A stretch of DNA of 64,000 nt from Squalus acanthias (Eukaryota). The position numbers were made by a program, and so were the translations under genes. The stretch is taken from positions 1,240,001 through 1,304,000 of the forward strand of contig CM059433.1 of the NCBI GenBank assembly GCA_030390025.1, read 5' to 3'. Below, in pieces: positions 59,817-64,000 of the stretch. The notes beneath the pieces were generated by a model. That model did no database searches. It had not been told where the DNA came from and saw only the letters and a list, made by a program, of their open reading frames with translations. Numbering within the stretch: the stretch's first letter is position 1; the number at the start of each line of letters is the position of its first letter.

Positions 59817-60359
59817 TTCCCTATCTCTGTAAGCTTCTCCAGCTCTATAACCCTCCGAGATCTCTCTGCTCTTACAAATCTGGCCTCTTGTGCATCCTTG
59901 GTTTTTATCGCTCCACCATTGGCGGCCGTGCTTTCAGCTGGCTTGGCCCTAAGCTCTGGAATTCCTTCCCTAAACCTCTCCGCCTCTCTTTCCTACATTA
60001 CAACAGTGACGACACTTCGGAAAAAAAAGTACTTCATTGGCTGTGAAGTGCTTTGAGACATCCGGGGGTTGTGAAAGGTGCTATATAAATACAAGTCTTT
60101 CTTCCTTCTACCTCTCTCTCCTCCTTCAAGGATCTCCTTAAAACCTACCTCTTTGACCAAGGTTTTGGTCCTAATATCTCCCAAAGTGGCTCGGTGTCAA
60201 AGTTTGTTTGATAACTTTCCTCTGAAGCACGTTGGAAGTTTTACTACGTTAAAGGCCCTATATAAATGCAAGTTGTTGTTGTTGTAGTGTTATTTTTTAT
60301 AAACATACATCTGAGCTAATTTTTTGACACGTTATTTAATTCTGCATGTACCTCATAGC

Positions 60360-60537
60360 CAATGTTCCCTTTAGGCTGAACGGCCATGTGGCCGCACAGG
60401 ACTCTGCAGCTCCCCGCAGCTGGCTCACCAGCTCACCGGCTTTTAAATAGGAAAATCTGCGCATGCGCGGTATTTTGAATGGGCCGTGCAGCCCGTTAAA
60501 GGGGCCGCGCACCCAAAAGAAATTAAAGGAAATATTG
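60360..60537. mobile_element. hAT-type MITE, 178 bp
   Basis: TIR caatgttcccttta / taaaggaaatattg; exact 8-bp TSD ctcatagc (60352-60359, 60538-60545). Confidence 0.9.
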
Positions 60538-60784
60538 CTCATAGCCCTTTCCTTCCATAAATCTTGTATGGATTCTCTCAAAATTGCATTATGTTCTCAT
60601 GATTATGAAGTTATCTTTTTATTTTTATCCCTCCTCTCTTGCGAGCAGTGACTCATGCAAAGGTATGGTTCCGTTGGTGCTAATACCTAAACAAATTTGG
60701 ACATACTCCATAAATGTGCCACGAAAAAATGAGAGTTAGCAAACTTATTCAACAATGGTGGAAGGAGGGGAGTGGATTGTTAGT

Positions 60785-61010
60785 TTTCACAGCCAAGCCT
60801 CTATCACATCACTTGACATCCATACGTGGATACTTCCATCTGTGGCCTCTGGATAGTGATCTGCCTAACTTTTCCTGTCCTTAGTCCATGAATTCTGCTG
60901 CCCCAGCTGAAATCAGCGAGCTTAGCACAGGCTAAAGAGCGAAGCTGGCACCGTGTTGCCCTTATTGGCTCAGAAGTTCACTATATGGCGCATTTCCCCA
61001 CTGAGTCATC
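60785..61010 (-). mobile_element. LF-SINE-like element, degenerate
   Basis: tcacagccaagcc..ctggatagtgatc..ctgccccagctgaaatcagc..ttagcacag..cactgagtcatcaggga. Confidence 0.6.
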
Positions 61011-61379
61011 AGGGAAGCTTCTTAGATATTGGTCAATTATTAATTATACTTTATTGAATTGTGTCCAACTTATGTTACACATTTATAACATTTTACTGTC
61101 TGTAAAATGAAGGCTGTAGTCTGAACAAAAGTCTGCAGTACAGTTGATCAAATGTAGTTTTTGCTGATGAAAGGGGTTTGCACGGTACATGACACTGATC
61201 TGTGGTATATAACAAGTTCAATCATTAGTGTAAACTTATTTTAAAAATTCAATGACTTTTCTCACCTCTCCATGTTTAGCATGTAATTTAAACACAAGTT
61301 TGTCCTTTTTTCATTATTTATAAAAATTATACAGAGTCAATGTGGAAAAGTGACATTTGCAAAGGACACCAGTCATCGT

Positions 61380-62085
61380 ACACAGCACAGAAGGAGGCCA
61401 TTCAGCCCATCGTGCCTGTGCCGGCTCTTTGATAGAGCTAACCAATTAGTCCCACTCCCCATTTCCTTGTAATTTTTTACCCTTCAAGTATTTATGCAAT
61501 TCCATTTTGAAAGTTATTATTGAATCTGCTTCCACCATCCGTTCAGGCAGCGCATTCCAGATCACAACAACTCGCTGAAATTTAAAAAAAGCTTCCTCAT
61601 GTCGCCTCTGGTTCTTTTGCCAATCACCTTAAATCTGTGTCCTCTGGTTACTGACCCTTCTGCCATTTGAAACTTTTTCTCCTTATTTTTCTATCAAAAC
61701 CCTTCATGATTTTGAACAGCTCTATCAAATCTCCTCTTAACCTTCTCTGCTCTAAAGAGAACAACCCCAGCTTCTCCAGTCTCTCCACGTAACTGAAGTC
61801 CCTCATCCCTGGTACCATTCTAGTAAATCTCCTCTGTACCCTTTCCAAAGCCTTGACATCCTTCCTAAAGTGTGGTGCCCAGAATTGGACACAATACTCC
61901 AGCTGAGGACTAACCAGTGTTTTATAAAGGTTTAGCGTAACCTCCTTGCTTTTGGACTCTATTCCTCTATGAATAAAGCCAAGGATCCCGTGTGCTTTTT
62001 TAACAACCTTCTCAACTTGTCCTGCCACCTTCAGAGATTTATGTCCGTACACCCCCAGGTCTCTCTGTCCCTTTAAAATGGTACC
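61380..62085 (-). mobile_element. CR1 LINE 3' fragment
   Basis: HKSLKVAGQVEKVVKKAHGILGFI..PQLEYCVQFWAPHFRKD..RRLRGDLIE; same subfamily as 26280-29287. Confidence 0.92.
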
Positions 62086-62603
62086 AGTGTCTCTGTCGAT
62101 AAAACTGTTTCGGTTACTTCTCTCAGTGCGAAAACGTTATGCTTCGTGATCTTTCATTTTATTGGTCGACCTTATTACACCCCAAGTCACACAAGGGTGA
62201 AATGTTACACTTAAATACTGTCAATCAAAGTATAAATTTACAATTCATAATTCATTGATGTTTGGTCCATTCAACAGAAACTTTCTCTTTCCAGTATTTG
62301 AAATGATATACTGTTACATTTCCTCAACTCGTTTCCTTTCTGAAAACTCCCTTAGGTAAATTAAAGGTGAAAAGAAATTCACTTTGGGATCATTGTATTA
62401 AAATTGCATTTAATTTTCCATATCCAATATTTCTACCCAATTTGAAGGCATGAATTGAAAAATGATAGTCTATATATGGCAGGAGTGAATTTTTAAATCT
62501 TTCTTCTTTCAACATGTAGCTTAGAGCGAAGAGGGTGTAAAGAGTGAGAAAACTAATGACTAATCTACTGACAAAGAATCTCAGTGGCTGACTCCAGACA
62601 AGT

Positions 62604-63512
62604 AGAAAAGAAAGACTTGCATTTCTATAGCGCCTTTCACGACCACCGGATGTCTCAAAGTGCTTCACAGCCAATTAAGTACTTTTGGAAGTGGAGTCAC
62701 TGTTGTAATGTGGGAAACACGGCAGCCAATTTGCGCACAGCAAGCTCCCACAAACAGCAATGTGATAATGACCACATAATCTGTGTTAGTGATGTTGGTT
62801 GAGGGATAAATATTGGCCAGGACACTGGGGAGAACTCCCCTGCTCTTCTTCGAAATAGTGCCATGGAATCTTTTATGTCCACCTGAGAGAGCAGACAGGG
62901 CCTCGGTTTAACGTCTCATCCGAAAGATGGCACCTCCGACAGTGCAGCGCTCCCTCAGTACAGCCCCTCCGACAGTGCAACACTCCCTCAGTACTGCCCC
63001 TCCAACAGTGCAGCACTACCTCAGTACTGCCTCTCCGACAGTGCAGCACTCCCTCAGTACTGCCTCTCCGACAGTGCAGCACTACCTCAGTACTGACCCT
63101 CTGACAGTGCAGCACTACCTCAGTACTGCCTCTCCGACAGTGCAGCATTCCCTCAGTACTGACCCTCCGACAGTGCAGCACTCTCTCAGTACTGCCCCTC
63201 CGACAGTGCAGCACTCTCTCAGTACTGACCCTCCGACAGTGCAGCACTACCTCAGTACTGCCTCTCCGACAGTGCAGCACTCCCTCAGTACTGCCTCTCC
63301 GATTGTGCAGCACTACCTCAGTACTGACCCTCTGACAGTGCAGCGCTCCCTCAGTACTGACCCTCCGACAGTGCAGCGCTCCCTCAGTACTGCCCCTCCG
63401 ACAGTGCAGCGCTCCCTCAGTACTGCACTAGACTGTCAGCCGAGATTTTTGTGCTCCAGTCTCTGGCCTCTGACTCAGAGGCGAGTGTGCTACCCGCTGA
63501 GCAACGGCTGAC
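62604..63512 (-). mobile_element. DeuSINE with internal 33-bp array
   Basis: Tail, core and head (tgactcagaggcgagtgtgctacccgctgagc) flank the array. Confidence 0.92.
62936..63428. repeat. Minisatellite, ~15 x 33 bp
   Basis: Same unit and register as 43761-44450, with different diagnostic variants (cactacct, tgcctctc). Confidence 0.95.
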
Positions 63513-63627
63513 AAGCGGCTGATGAGTTCAAGCATTGCCTGAGTGACCTGACTTCCCACTGATATTTCAGCCCAATGGATCGCAGGTACGGTGCCTGCTA
63601 CTAAAGAGCTGTTGATACAAAATCCTC

Positions 63628-63802
63628 GGAGTAACTTTAACCTAACCGACCCAGCAGGAAGCTGATGGGATCAGATCAGCCGTCCGTTTCTCACCTCGCC
63701 CGAGTTGAAGTCAATGGAAAGTAAAATCGAGTGGTGTAAAACAGGGCAGCTGGTCTGATTCAATCAGTTTCCCAGTGGGCAGTTAGATTAAAATTATCAG
63801 CC
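63628..63802. mobile_element. Degenerate fold-back MITE
   Basis: taactttaacctaacc..gaagctgatgggatcagatcagccgtcc pairs with gggcagctggtctgattcaatcagtttc..agttagattaaaatta. Confidence 0.6.
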
Positions 63803-63849
63803 ACCACCCCTCCCCCCCAACCCCCCCAAATAACTTGTCTGTTTTTAAG

Positions 63850-64000
63850 CAAGAAAGAAAGTAATTGCATTTATATAGCACCTTTCACAACCTCACATGG
63901 AATGATGGATTTTTGTAGTGTAGTCAAGCTTGTAATGAAGGGAAACGTGGCAGCCAATCTGCACAGTGAAAGGTCCCACAAACAGCAATGCGATAAATGA
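63850..64000 (-). mobile_element. DeuSINE 3' end running off the window
   Basis: ttgcatttatatagcacctttcacaacc..ggcagccaat..cccacaaacagcaatg. Confidence 0.85.

Larger units (their letters stand above)
59405..60286 (+). mobile_element. L2 LINE 3' portion with two nested insertions (59692-59816; DeuSINE tail ~59990-60105)
   Basis: LSSSAAEILIHAFATSRLDYSN..ITPVLTDLH..IGGRAFSWLGPKLWNSFP; (tgt)n tail. Confidence 0.9.

Overview
Repeat-dominated vertebrate DNA, very likely from a cartilaginous fish (shark): it carries SacSINE1-type DeuSINEs, an HE1-type V-SINE, LF-SINE-like copies and shark-type CR1/L2 LINEs. I found no host protein-coding exon I can support, so the window looks intronic or intergenic. 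All long ORFs are transposon remnants or tandem-repeat artefacts. Main contents: (1) A decayed PIF/Harbinger transposon (~9.35-18.75 kb). Its transposase is interrupted by a SINE and a MITE, and its acidic C-terminal tail has expanded into a 5.5-kb G-rich hexamer array with a ~1.9-kb higher-order duplication. (2) A Neptune-type Penelope element nested in a CR1 LINE, ending in a minimal hammerhead ribozyme. A separate 125-bp insertion with a 12-bp TSD consists of a covarying hammerhead plus the Penelope terminal sequence, and there is a degenerate hammerhead from a second family. (3) A near full-length CR1 and a 2.7-kb fragment of a second CR1-group LINE. (4) A 1692-bp solo LTR with a 4-bp TSD. 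(5) Many Harbinger-type MITEs (3-bp TSD) and one hAT MITE (8-bp TSD). (6) Several minisatellites, each grown from inside a different TE. Family names come from my recognition of motifs, not from database searches; boundaries without a TSD are approximate.
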